This document shows positions 1 through 12,607 of a stretch of DNA of 64,000 nucleotides, piece by piece; positions within the stretch are counted from its first letter, which is position 1, and each line of letters begins with the position of its first letter. The translations under genes were made by a program, and so were the position numbers. The notes beneath the pieces were generated by a model. The model was not told where the DNA came from. It saw nothing but the letters and a program-made list of their open reading frames with translations, and ran no database searches. The stretch comes from Octopus sinensis (Eukaryota), in contig NC_042998.1 in the NCBI RefSeq assembly GCF_006345805.1, positions 183,582,001 to 183,646,000 of the forward strand. Direction: 5' to 3'.

Positions 1-137
1 GTTGAGCTTTAGTGTCTAATTGTCTATCAACCTAAATGTTCATATTTCTATATCATTGCTCTTAAATATGAAAATTTCACTTTCTACAAAATCATTTCAG
101 AATTTCTTACCTGTCTGTCTTTTATTATTTATATTAT

Positions 138-173
<36 letters not shown>

Positions 174-1275
174 CAAAAAAAAAAACTTTAACTCTTCTAA
201 AGCAGCAGTTGCTAGAAGAACCTCATCCATAAAATTAAAATCTGGCTGAATGTTGAGACCGAACCCAGTTGAGAAACAATAAATGAGATTTACATTGTAG
301 AAAATCAGGTCAATATATTGATTTTAATTTACAAATATCCAAAATTCTAACTTCTTAAGAAAAGTCTTTTTATTTGAAGGAAATGAATGATATTTTTGGC
401 ATAAGTCTTCATTCAGCTGCTGCTTCCAACAGATATTCTTATTAAGCAGAAGTAGCCAAATAGATACTGTAATGGCTCATCAGCTTGTTTTTCTTGAGTT
501 CAATTCCAAAGTAGGAATGTTGTGTAAATGAACTTATTTTTGAGAAAAGGCTTCATTCAGAGGTAGATATTGTATAAACCTGTCAGCTCATAGATCTTAA
601 GTTCAATTCTGCAGCAGATATATTCTGTTGCATATTTGAGTAGCATACTAAGCAAAGTGTTTCAGTTCACATACCTAAAGAGTTTCAAATCATCTGAAAA
701 TGATAAACAATCATCTATGATTAACAATCATCAATCCCCAGCATGGCCACAGCTCGTGAGCTGAAACTAGATGAAATAAAATAAAATCCTGGGTGAAATT
801 TATCCCTTTTTCTCTTAATGCATGGAGCCTAAGTTAAGCACCGTAAATGTTCCTTGTAGTTTGGAAGCATTTACTTTCAGGGGCTTCCTACTGTCTTCAT
901 AGATTTTTGATCAATCATATCATCCCTCACACCACTAATTATGAGACACAGAAGCACAACACAAGCAACAACACTGATTTTAGACACACATAAATTATGG
1001 CCTTCTGCCCTACTTCCATCTACCAAATTCCATTCACAGAACATGCCCAAAACGCCATTCATCAGAATTGAACCAGGAACCAAACAGTTGCAAAGCAAAC
1101 CTCTCAAAAACACAACCATACCTGAACTTATGTGCATATTGTAGGAGAATAAGTAAATAGGTGTTACTTCCATTTTGTAATAGAATGTTTTATTTGGTAT
1201 CAGGTGAAGAACCTACTACAAAAGAGCAGGATTAAAAGGCTATACCCATCTCTTTACAATATGGATCATGCTTCT

Positions 1276-1472
1276 AAGGTGGCGAGCTGGCAGAAACGTT
1301 AAGCACGCCAGGCGAAATGCTTAATGGTATTTCGTCTGTTATGTTCTGAGTTCAAATTCTGCCAAGGTCGACTTTGCCTTTCATCCTTGCGGGGTCGATA
1401 AATAAAGTACCAGCTGATTACTGGGGGTCAATGTAATCGACTATCCCCTTTGTGCCTATAGTAGAAAGGAAT
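1276..1472 (+). mobile_element. SINE family B (aaggcggcgagctggcagaa head; resembles octopus OK-type SINE) with ~19-bp target-site duplication
   Basis: Head and gtcgactttgcctttcatcc..ggggtcgataaataaagtaccag core recur many times in the window. Flanked by atatggatcatg(c/t)ttctaa at 1259-1277 and 1471-1489. Confidence 0.85.
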
Positions 1473-1581
1473 ATGGATCATGTTTCTAAAAGGATGAAAT
1501 TTATATTGTATTTTCCCATATCTTCAAATATTGGACAGTAAGATTCTGAGTTAAAATAGTTACCTTTATCTTTTATTTGTT

Positions 1582-1777
1582 TCTGTCATTAATCTGCAGC
1601 CATGCTGGAGCACCATCTCAAAGAACTTTTACTTGAAGAAATTGACCCCAGTACTTAATATTTTAAAAACCTGGTACTTATTCTATTGGTCTCTTTTGCC
1701 AAACTACTAAGTTACAGGGACATAAGCATACCAACATCGGTTGTCAAGTAGGGATAGGAGCAAAGACACACACACTC

Positions 1778-1808
<31 letters not shown>

Positions 1809-2058
1809 AGACCTTCTATCTATAAATGCTCTAATATCTATACAGCCTTGGTTTTTTATCTTATTACGCAAAAAAAATTCTTATATATATATATGATGGT
1901 TTTCTTTCAGTTTCTGTCTATCAAATCCATTCAGAAAGCTTTGGTCGGCTGAAAGCTATAGTAGAAAACACTTGCTGAAGGTGCCACACAGTGGGACCAA
2001 ACCTAGAACCATGTTGTTGGGAAGTAAACTTCTTACCACACAGCCACATCTGAGCCTA
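1582..2058 (-). mobile_element. SINE family A (tRNA-like head, internal microsatellite, conserved tail), decayed
   Basis: Tail half at 1582-1760 and head half at ~1895-2058 are reverse complements of the 6347-6745 copy, separated by an expanded (CA)/(TA) tract. Confidence 0.75.
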
Positions 2059-2502
2059 TAAATTATATTTTTTACTGGCATTTCACTTGCTTATCTTCAT
2101 AGTTCACACACCATTAAATGTATAAGTATTTATTATATTTCTGTATGAAAATTGCTAAATGAATAAACTACGAGAGCCTTGACCATTAGTATGTGGATTT
2201 GTAACTTACTCCAAGTTACCATCAGACAATATTAAACAAGAAAAGTTACTGTAGTTGGTAGGCTAGTAACAAACAATTAAAAAAAGAAAAAGATTGAAAT
2301 CAAAACTATTAGATGAAGTTGAGGGTAACATTTCAACAAGGGCCTTCATTGAATAAAGAAAGTGTATTTAGCAGACATTTCTATTGGCTTTGTCAAAAAA
2401 AAGGGGCTGTGTCCAAACAGTTCACAAACATTTGAGATAAACACCACTATACAGATATGACCAGTTTTTACCTCCTCTAATGAAATAGCAACACACACAC
2501 AC

Positions 2503-3645
2503 ACACTACATATATGGGAAATTCAGTCTGTGGATGTGTTTGTTGAGTTTTATTGATTTCGATGAAACTTGACACATGAATAGAACTTATGTCTGGAAAC
2601 CTCGTGACAATACTTAGATTGTTGAAAAAAATCGATAATAGGGCCCCTGGAAAAGATCCTTATATCTACTACATATAATTAATATATTTTATTTAAACAC
2701 CCAAAGGAAATAACCCATAGCACCTGCACTTACAATTGTCAGCTTTTAGTGAAGCGATAAATATTTGATTCTCACGATCAGCGTATTCTGCATTTCACTA
2801 CTCACAGTTTTGAACGGCTAATCCTTATTATTACACTTTCTTTATTTGAATCTTAAACCTTAAAGACTTCATTCATACATTTATATATTAGCTTTAATAT
2901 ATTAGCCTTGATAAAGTTAACTTTTAAAATGCCATGATAAGTAAGAGTACAGGTGGGTACTTCTACTTCACAAGCTGCTCTAATGCGACAACAGCAATCT
3001 CAAGTAAGTCTCTGATTCATCATGTTTGATATTTACTAAATCAAACAATTATTCTTCATCTATTCTACCACAATATCTAAACAGTTATATACATGTAATT
3101 AATTCAGACATTGCATTAATAGACATTTTTTCAACATCTTCAAATAACTAAATGCTGGCAACGCATGCAATTGAAATGCATTCAATTAAATTTGATTACA
3201 CTTTGAATGCCCATAACTCAAATAATTCTGCCTTTTCCAGTTAATTTTTTTTGATAACAGTAGATAAATTTTTGATTCCAGAATGTATTTAATAAGTGTG
3301 TCCCTATTCTGCTTTTTCTCACGGATAGCTCTATGCCGGATGCTCTAGAGTTGGAAATCTGGAAAATTTACTCATCTATGCACCCAATGGCAAAACCAAA
3401 AACATTGCGTATCACGAAGCCCTGCAAGACTGAAATTTTAGAACAAAGATGCCTCTCCCTCGCCAACCTCCGACAATCTCTCCCTCCTCCAGCTGACAGT
3501 TTTTTGTACTATTTCACGATGGAAAATACACCTTTTGTGGCAGTTATAACAAAATTGCTTTTTTATATCAGAGTAATAAGGTGCTTAAATAAGGCATTTA
3601 AACAGAACATCTTTACCCCTGGGAATTACCAGGTACACCAGCTAG
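2503..3645 (+). mobile_element. Internally deleted Helitron (5' boundary approximate)
   Basis: 3' end has hairpin cctgg-gaatta-ccagg (3618-3633), then CTAG (3642-3645) followed by T. Helicase C-terminal remnant at 3317-3433. 5' region (ttgatttcgatgaaacttgacacatg..gggcccc) resembles the 5061 element. Confidence 0.7.
3317..3433 (+). pseudogene. Helitron Rep/helicase (PIF1-like) C-terminal remnant
   Basis: Reads SHG*LYAGCSRVGNLENLLIYAPNGKTKNIAYHEALQD*, matching the Helitron FSHGQLYVxxSRV...KTKNIVY motif with Q changed to stop. Different frame from the listed ORF 3333..3674. Confidence 0.8.
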
Positions 3646-3672
<27 letters not shown>

Positions 3673-3676
<4 letters not shown>

Positions 3677-3850
3677 AGAGTTCACGAAAAAACAAAAGAC
3701 GAAGACAGATGGTGTAGAAAACAAACAGATGTATTAGTATAACACTCAGGAATTGAAAAAATCTTTTATGTTTCGAGCCTACGCTCTTCTACAGAAAGGG
3801 ACACAGAAAAAAACAAGGAGAGAAAAAAATGTGTGTAGTGGCTACCGATC
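3673..3850 (-). mobile_element. Short Penelope-like repeat carrying a minimal hammerhead-like motif, next to (TA)n
   Basis: Same family as 59417-59592 and 60155-60335. Minus strand 3763-3798 reads CTTT CTGTAGAA GAGC GTAG GCTC GAAAC ATA AAAG. Confidence 0.6.
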
Positions 3851-4589
3851 TATCATATAAATGAGATGACAAAGGAATAACCGATTAGAAGTTCATAAGA
3901 TAATTCTTTATTCCTTGGTCATACTCAACTGATGCTTTGTTCTGAGATATATGTATATTGAGTTCTACGCCAGGTTATTAGTCTCACAATACCTAAGTGA
4001 AATATATATATACTGTCTTTAGTTTTTTTTATCAGCAAGCATTAGTCTAAGTGAAAAGTTAGTGATACAGAGCTAATTCGAACAGATGCTTAATGACTTA
4101 TGCTGCTATAATTCAAATTTTGTCAAGGATGAATGAAGCTTAACTAAAGCTTAGCTAAACACAAATAACTAAGGAAGACAATCAACTGTTATGGAATATA
4201 TGTGTGTGCTAAATAATTATTACTATACTAAATATTATATATGGATAATTTAAATGTGTATGCATTAAGCTAAACCTTGAGTTATTTGCCCTTCTTCCTT
4301 TAAGCTAATATTATGGTCTTGGAAAGATGTAAGCAAATATCTTTCTATTTCTTTCATGGACAGAAAAGGGGTTAATCTGACCTGGTTTCAAATTCATTTA
4401 GGTTCATCTTCAGAAATCATACATTCACATTCCAGCCAGAGATATATTTATAGCTTTAAAATCACTAAATGTAGCAGTTTCTGTATATTAGCCATTCTGA
4501 TTTGCATAAATAGTGCCTAACTGGCAGCTTATTCAATAAACTATCATTGCACTAAACAGTCTACATTAATATAAACCTTATAAACCATC

Positions 4590-4945
4590 TGAGCATGATC
4601 GTTGCCAGAGCAGCCAACTGGCTTCCGTACCCGTGGCACGTAAAAGGGCACCATTCGAGCGTGATCATTACCAACGTCACTTCACTGGCATCTGTGCCGG
4701 TGGAACGTGTAAAAAGATTCGAGCAAGGTCATTGCCAGTACCGCCTGACTGGCTCCCGTGCCAGTGGCACATAAAAAGCACCCAATACACTCTCGGAGTG
4801 GTTGGCATTAGGAAGGGCATCCAGCTGTAGAAACTCTGCCAGATCAAGACTGGAGCCTGGTGCAGCCATCTGGTTGCCAGCCCTCAGTCAAAATCGTCCA
4901 ACCCATGCTAGCATGGAAAACGGACGTTAAATGATGATGATGATA
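4590..4945 (+). mobile_element. Family C short retroelement (RTE 3'-UTR-like, (GAT)n tail)
   Basis: ggcacgtaaaa..ggagtggttggcattaggaagggcatccagctgtagaaac..ccaacccatgctagcatggaaaacggacgttaaatgatgatg; more than 15 copies in the window. Confidence 0.8.
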
Positions 4946-5060
4946 TCATTTTTTTTTTTTCATAGTCAACAATAAGAGACTGAAAGAGTGTCAGCTAAAA
5001 AGAATAAAAATAAAAGAAGAAAAACAAAAAGAAACATGTTTACCATAATACACAGTGCAA

Positions 5061-5603
5061 TCTATATATATAAAACTTAGAATGTGTCTGTCTGTCTGTC
5101 TATGTGCATCACTAAAACTCGAGAACTACCCAACTGATTTCATTCAAATTTTACACATGCCATAGAGTGTCATGGGCCCCAAAAAATTTTCAACTTCTTG
5201 CCTAATGTGAGCCTGGAGCAATATCTTATCTTCTACGCTATTTCAGTGAAACAATAACATCTCTACTGTAATGTGAGATAATACCTACAGTTTTAATAGT
5301 AAAACTATTAATATTTTCAATACATATATAATATATACATAATGAAATTATCAATACTGACACTATTATATCACATGTATGCATGCATATATATATATAT
5401 ATATATAAACCCTTCTTTCCTGAGCGTCAATAATACTTTAATTATTCCACGTCCTGCGTTGCTGTGTTTTTTTCTCCTTTTTCTGTTTTCTTGTTTCGAT
5501 TAACTATATATATATATATATATATACACATACATACACACACACATACATGTATATGTGTATATATATATATATGTATATACATATGTATATACATGTT
5601 TAC

Positions 5604-5655
<52 letters not shown>

Positions 5656-5928
5656 GTTTACGTATATATATATATATATTTATGTGTGTGTGTGTGTGTG
5701 TGTGTTTGTACCCCCACCATCGCTTGACAACTGATGTTGCTGTGTCTCTGTAACTTAGCCGTTTGGCAAAGCAAACTGATACAATAAGTAATAGGGTTAC
5801 CAAAGAATAAATTCTGGGGTTGATTTTTTTGACTATAGGCAGTGCTTCAGCATGGCCACAGTCAAATGACAGAAATGAAATAAAACTGTGTTATTTTAAT
5901 CCCAAGCAATGCCAGATATCTCTGCTAG
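5061..5928 (+). mobile_element. Non-autonomous Helitron with nested repeats
   Basis: A|TCTATATATATAAAA..(tgtc)n 5' end and ..cccaagcaatgccagatatctctgCTAG|T 3' end give the canonical A/T insertion. Contains a Penelope-like fragment (~5407-5505), a microsatellite and a family A tail (~5695-5885). Confidence 0.65.
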
Positions 5929-6299
5929 TAATAATTAATTATTTGAATATGAGGTCAGTAATGCACAATTATATAAACCAGATCAAATGATTTACCGATT
6001 ATAAATATCTACAACATTTCTATACCCCACTGTTGAAAGAAGAAGTGGTGGGTAGGTGACTTTCGATAAGAAATCTAATTAAGTTTGAAACCAAACAAGT
6101 CAATCTTTTTTTTTTATCTGCAGAATAAATAACAACCTTAGTAATCTCACCCTGCTGCTCAAAACACATTCAGTGTACTTTAATACACATTTAAATGTGA
6201 GTGTATGTGTGTAAACATATACAAAGACCTTTTTTTCAGTTTCCATTTGCCAAACCTACTCACATGGACAGCCAGGTTAAAGTGGCTATGAATATTACT

Positions 6300-6346
<47 letters not shown>

Positions 6347-6349
<3 letters not shown>

Positions 6350-6745
6350 TGTAGGAGTGGCTGTGTGGTAAGTAGCTTGCTTACCAACCACATGGTTCCG
6401 GGTTCAGTCCCACTGCGTGGCACTTTGGGCAAGTGTCTTCTACTATAGCCTCGGGCCGACCAAAGCCTTGTGAGTGGATTTGGTAGACAGAAAGTGAAAG
6501 AAGCCCGTCGTATATATATGTGTGTGTGTGTGTTTATGTGTCTGTGTTTGTCCCCCCAACATCGCTTGACAACTGATGCTGGTGTGTTTATGTCCCCGTA
6601 ACTTAGCAGTTCTGCAAAGGAGACCGATAGAATAAGTACTGGGCTTACAAAGAATAAGTCCTGGGGTCGAGTTGCTTGACTAAAGGCAGTGCTCCAGCAT
6701 GGCCGCAGCCAAATGACTGAAACAAGTAAAAGAGTAAAAAGAGTA
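6347..6745 (+). mobile_element. SINE family A, full length (resembles octopus OR-type CORE-like SINE)
   Basis: tRNA-like A/B boxes (tggtaagtag, ggttcagtccc), ccttgggcaagtgtctt core, internal (TA)(TG) tract, tail ccagcatggccgcag..tgactgaaacaagtaaaag. Confidence 0.88.
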
Positions 6746-7532
6746 TAAAGAGATATATGTGTGTGTGTATGTGTATGAATGTTTTTGTGTTTGTCCACAA
6801 CCACCATTTGATTACCAGTGTTGGTTTGATTACATCCCCATAACTTAGCGGCTCAGCAAAAGGAGACCGATAGAATAAGTACCAGGTTTAAAATCAAGTA
6901 CTGGGGTTGACTTGTTTGACTAAACCCTTCAAGGCGATTCCCCGATTCCCCGGCATAGCCACAGTCCAGTGATTGACACAAGTGAAATATAAAAGACAGG
7001 TTTACTAAGCCATTGTTAAATATTTATGCCAGGGATGAAACAGTACTGATGATGACAGGATATGAACTGTCAACCTTTCAATCATGGAGCCAGTGTCTTG
7101 TCAACTCAGTCTGTTAGAATTCTCCTGTGTAAACCGATACACTGTGAAACATTTTTTTTTTTCTCCAAATACCTTATATATAATATAACATTCAGTTACA
7201 TTTAATATAACACTCAATAGTTGGCTAGTTGAAGTGATAGAATTATCACTGTGAGGATTTAGCACACTGATGTTCTGAAATATATTTAGTGTCATGTCTG
7301 AAAAGAATGAGATGCTAGAATATTAACAATTATCTGTGGGGAATTCAACAAAAAAGTTACAAGTGTGACAATAATAACTGACTTGTATATATTTTGTACA
7401 GAATGATTGATTTCACCTCAATTCCTGATTTTTCTAGACATCTTGTGTAATGTCTATTGTATTACTTTATTTACAGCCACAAAACTTTGGAAATTAATTG
7501 ACGCTTTGATGAGTGTAGTTGCATAACTAAGT

Positions 7533-7712
7533 TGTTAAGGGGATCTTTTCGGTTTGAATGGCAGTTTTTTCTAGTGGTGTCATATGAAATTGTCACCCAT
7601 AATTATGACCCTAATATCGATCTATTGCATTTCAATCTATTTTAGGGTTAGGGTTAGAGTTGGGGTTAGTTAGGGTTAGGGGTGGGGGAAGGGTATCTTT
7701 TTTTCTTCAGAA
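7533..7712 (+). repeat. Truncated dispersed element containing TTAGGG-like repeats
   Basis: ttagggttagggttagagttggggttagttagggttagggg at ~7642-7682, within a non-telomeric context. Confidence 0.5.
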
Positions 7713-8736
7713 ATGTTGTGAGTGTATCATACTAACCACTAGGCCATGTGCCTTCAAATGCAGTTACAAATAAGTAGCATTTTGAAATATATTTCACTAA
7801 AGTTACTAATTACCAGCAGCGTTGTATAATTATTATGTTAATATATTGCAGCGTTGAAAAAAAATTTTTTCTATGAGTATAGCTTAAAAATAAATAAGCT
7901 TCACAAAGCAGGCTCACATGAAAATGTATGTTTTCTCTGCAGTGATTACAACTAGCCCTGTGCTCCTAGAGATAGTATGTAGATAGCAAACTTTCTGCAA
8001 ATGGCAAATAATGACCTTAATAACACAGAACTCTTGGCAATGGAACAGAATAGGAGTGCATCAGCCTAAAGAGATAAATCAATTTACAGATTTCTGTAGA
8101 TGCGTATTATTTGATAGAAATTTTTGAAAGACTTAATAAAGAACAAAAAATAAAAATAAAAAACTAACCCCCAAAACTAGTAAATAATATATCAATAACT
8201 ATTGATATGATTTTTTTTTTTGTTTTTTTTTTGTTTTCTTTCTCCTTGATAGATACTAAGTCTACTCTTGTTACCATTTAGAGTAGCAAATTATGACAAA
8301 TGGAAGGAAAAGCTTCTGAGAGGATACAAAAAAAAAAAAAAGAATGAAAATAATTTTAGAAATATTAAGACAAAGTAAAATAAGTTATTCAAGAAATTAG
8401 AGGAATCCTTTCAATATATGTAAGTCTTACTCTAATCTGACATGAAAATATTTAGTATTATAATCTCTTCGAAGAAGAGTAAATAGGAGAATATTATTAA
8501 AAGCAGCTTAGTGGAATTAATATAAAGAGGTGGGGGGGGGGGGGGAGAGTGCAAGAAAGAAAAAAAAAAAAGCAAATAAATCAAACATTATTTTCCAAGA
8601 TAGCATAGAAATTTGTCAATGTTCTCTCAACAGAAGCCAAGGTAATATAATTGATAAAGAAAATGGAAAAAACAAATATCAGCAATTTCTTTCTCAACAT
8701 GATGCATTCTTGTGCATGAGTGTGTGCAAGAGAGAA

Positions 8737-8784
<48 letters not shown>

Positions 8785-9720
8785 ATGACTTGGTAATACT
8801 TGAAATTTTAAATTCACACTCTTACAAATATTGAGTAGTCTCCTGTTTAAAGAATTTGCATCACATTCAAGCAACACACACTTTACACACCCACAAATAA
8901 CCAGACAGATATACACACACTAACGTTTTAACATCAATTGGGAGAAGTTTAGCTTTTCCTAATGGAAGTAAGTATGAAGAGATAATTTTGCTTTTCTTCT
9001 TAGAAATAGACATCATTAAATATTTAGAATTCACTAATGGCTGAATGATAAATACATTGGTCAATTGATACAAAAGGTCAGGAGTTCAAATTCTCCACAT
9101 CATTGCTGGTGTTATTATTTAGAACTACCTCACACTTGATGGAGCACATTGGATCCTTACAATTTACTTTTTAAGCAAAACAAATTACTTTAATAGGAGT
9201 TAAAATTGTACAAAGCCAGTAGATTGTAAACTGGAAATAAATAATACAAAACAATGTAAACAATAACAAAAAAAAAATGCTTACATTTTTACTTTATATA
9301 TTAATATTTCGGGCTCAAAAGCTCTTTATCAAGTGAAAATGGAGGTTGATCTTACAATGCTTCCTTTAAAACACACTACTTAAATAGTGTTAGTATATCA
9401 AATTTAAACATACATTTTCCCCCTATATCTGGAGTACTTAAGCTTCAAAGCTGTAAAATAGTTCTGGCAACAATACATTCCAATGGTTAAATTTACAGAC
9501 CTGTGCAAGCCACAGTGACTCCATCTTCATCCTATTGTATAAATACTAGTGTTTTGGTTTCTAGCTTTCTATTTGATGGAAGTGCAATATATCATTGTGC
9601 ATTCATGTCATGTGATTCTGTAGTTTCTCCTCTTTTTAGCCCCAACATTTACAGTTATGATCTATAAGTGTTTTCCACAATCTAAGTTCTACTTCTAGAA
9701 CAACCCTGAAATAGATTTAA

Positions 9721-10105
9721 TCCTTTAGCATTCAGATCACGAAATCAAATGTAATGCTTATTTAGTTACATTGTTTGGAATTAATCTTGCATTATCTTGC
9801 AACTTCGAGATTTTGATGATGTGATGCTTGTTGTTAAAATGATATTGTAGGATAGGTGTATGAGGCAAGATCTGATTGGTTTAACTTTTTAGTGTTTGCA
9901 TTATTCTGCTAAAATTAATGCTTAATTATCCACGTTGTTTTGAATTAATCATGCATTATCTTGTAGCTATGAGATTTTGATGAGGTAGCTGTTAATTTTT
10001 AAAACGATATTGTAGGGTTGGTGTGAGAGACCAGATATGGCCAGTTTGAACATAAAACAGGCAGAATAATTATAGGTGGATAGGGCTGGTTTAAATGCTA
10101 AAGGG
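9721..10105. mobile_element. piggyBac-like MITE with internal ~160-bp tandem duplication
   Basis: TTAA at 9717-9720 and 10106-10109; TIR (t/c)cctttagcatt / aatgctaaaggg; two diverged internal units (gaattaatc..gcattatcttg..gagattttgatga..gatattgtagg). Confidence 0.7.
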
Positions 10106-10170
10106 TTAAACATAAAACAGATAGAATATTTGGACCCAATATGGCCAGTTTAAATGTTAGTGTTAAACCT

Positions 10171-10520
10171 TACTCTCTTTTACTTGTTTCAGTCATTTGA
10201 CTGTGGCTATGCTGGAGCACCACCTTTTTAGTCGAGCAAATCGACCCCAGGACTTATTCTTTGTAAGCCTAGTACTTATTCTATCGGTCTCTTTTGCCGA
10301 ACTGCTAAGTTACGGGGACGTAAACACAGACACACAAACATACACATACATATATACGACAGGCTTCTTTCAGTTTCCGTCTACCAAATCCACTCACAAG
10401 GCTTTGGTCGGCCCGAGGCTATAGTAGAAGACACTTGCCCAAGGTGCCATGCAGTGGGACTGAACCCGGAGCCATGTGGTTCATAAGCAAGTTATTTACC
10501 ACACAGCCACTCCTATGCCT
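10171..10520 (-). mobile_element. SINE family A (internally shortened)
   Basis: Reverse complement of the 6347-6745 head and tail. Confidence 0.85.
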
Positions 10521-11829
10521 ATTTAACAAAACTAAAATAATCCTTTAAAAAGCCCAACTATGAGTACTGGTATGACTGTGGTGATGAAATTTATCATATG
10601 ACTTGGCAGCAGGTATCATGCATCTACTAAATGTTTTTCTGGTAGTTATTGAGTTGCTAGCAGATATAGATGCTCTTGCAGCCCATCCACTTAAAATCTG
10701 AGAAAGATCAGCAAATTGGAGAGAGCTGAACCAGTACTTGGCTGGTACTAATTTCAATCAAATAGACAAGAGCAATATGAAATGAAAGGAGGACTGGCTG
10801 CTATTTCTAACCAGTCATGCAACCATAAAAAGGCTCCCAATTTGAACAGGTCTGTGGAGTGTGTGTTCACAAATAATTATATTTAACTGTGTGTAATATT
10901 TTAAGTATCATATTTTGCTATGGTGCCTGTTATTCGATTGCCAAAAAATTATGGAATTTTATCAAATGAAATAATGTCTCAGAATTTTTGAATGTGTATG
11001 CATACACACACACACACACACACAATGTGAGTAGCTGAATGAGTGAGCATGTGAATGCCTGAGGGAGTGAGTGAGAATAAGTGAATGAATGAGAGATTGA
11101 ATGAATGAACAAGTGAAAGAATGAGGAAGTGAATAAATGAACGAGTAAATGATATCTGTGAGAGAGAATGATATTTATGAGAGTTGATATTTATGAGGAA
11201 GAGAATAAGTATAATAATAATAATAATAATGGTAAGGATGATAATAATGATGATGTTGGAAATGATGATGTTGGAAATGATGATGATGATGATGAGTTAG
11301 CTGATTTGAAAATGGATATAATTTGTTCTTTAGTTACCAGTTTGTCCATCCTTGATAATAACAGGATTCAACTTTGTATCCATCTTAAAAGGTCTTACTG
11401 ATCCAATTCCATGTCAAAATCAAACTATTCCTGACATTTAAAGACATCACTTGATAAGTAACCAACTATTTGCAGCAGAGATTGAAACAGTGCTATTAGC
11501 CTTGCCATGCCACCCACCCACTAAAGTCTGGATGTTGGTATTCATTTCTGTTACATTCTTGACATCTGTTAATGTCCCCCCCCCCCCAAGTTAAACCTTG
11601 TAAAGAGAAAAAAGAAATTTGCATAAAAAAGTGTTGCAAACTCACTTTGCAACCATGTGGTTTAGGGTTCAGTCCTATCTAATCCAATGAAGGAATAGAA
11701 AATTCCTTACATGTCTATCGAACATGTAAGTCTTTGTAATTCCTATTAGCAAGTGAAACATGTATGATGGAGAATAATTAAGGTAAAAAAATTTCCATTT
11801 TCCCGTTTTATTATTTGTATACATATAGT

Positions 11830-12213
11830 GGAAGCACTCCGTCGGTTACGACGATGAGGGTTCCGGTTGATCCGAATCAATGGAACAGCCTGCTCGTGAA
11901 ATTAACGTGTAAGTGACTGAGCACTCCACAGACACGTGCACCCTTAACGTAGTTCTCGGGGATATTCAGCGTGACACTGAGAGTGACAAGGCCGGCCCCT
12001 TGAAATACAGGTACAACAGAAACAGGAAGTAAGTGTGAGAGAAAGTTGTGGTGAAAGAGTACAGCAGGGATCACCACCATCCCCTGCCAGAGCCACGTGG
12101 AGCTTTTTAGGTGTTTTCGCTCAATAAACACTCACAACGCCTGGTCTGGGAATCGAAACCGCAATCCTATGATCGCGAGTCCGCTGCCCTAACCACTGGG
12201 CCATTGCGCCTCC
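11830..12213 (-). mobile_element. SINE family D (ggaggcgcaatggcccagtggttagggcagcggac tRNA-like head), near full length
   Basis: Clear A box (tggcccagtggtt) and B box (gtttcgattcc) on the minus strand; related copies at 20075, 50120 and 55530. Confidence 0.85.
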
Positions 12214-12421
12214 ACATACATATACATACACACACGTGCAAACAACAACAAAAGCTAGCATGTCAAAACTTTGAATTCACTGCACTGTCACCCCTCTTCT
12301 TGCAAAAGTATCATAAATATGTATCCTACAAAAACTACCGAGTAATTTTTCAGTTTGATGTCAATTTTTATATTCATTTTCCATTCAGCCATAGCTTGGA
12401 GTCAGTTATTTGCCTTTTTAA

Positions 12422-12607
12422 CATTTCCAGTACAAAACTGCCTGTGATCAACCTGAATTTTACGTTACAAACTTTCTGTTTTAAAGAGGTCTAAATTAAA
12501 AGCTTTCCTTTAATAATTACATAGTTATTATACTAAGGTTTCAATTATTTTCAAAATTATCTGAAATAAAGACAGCATATTTCAACAGAAATATGGTAGC
12601 AAAAGGG
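12422..12607. mobile_element. piggyBac-like MITE, decayed
   Basis: TTAA flanks (12418-12421, 12608-12611); right end ggtagcaaaaggg; left TIR degenerate. Confidence 0.5.

Noticed and set aside
3333-3674. 113-aa ORF MPDALELEIW...
   Set aside because: It is an alternative frame over the Helitron helicase remnant and 3' end, and runs into (TA)n.
10545-10757. ORF MKLVPAKYW.. and plus-frame KPNYEYWYDCGDEIYHMTWQQ
   Set aside because: No recognisable family, weak splice support, and part overlaps a SINE tail.
11830-12213. tRNA-like A/B-box sequences (also 6347, 50120, 55530)
   Set aside because: No complete cloverleaf; each continues into a multi-copy SINE body, so these are not tRNA genes.
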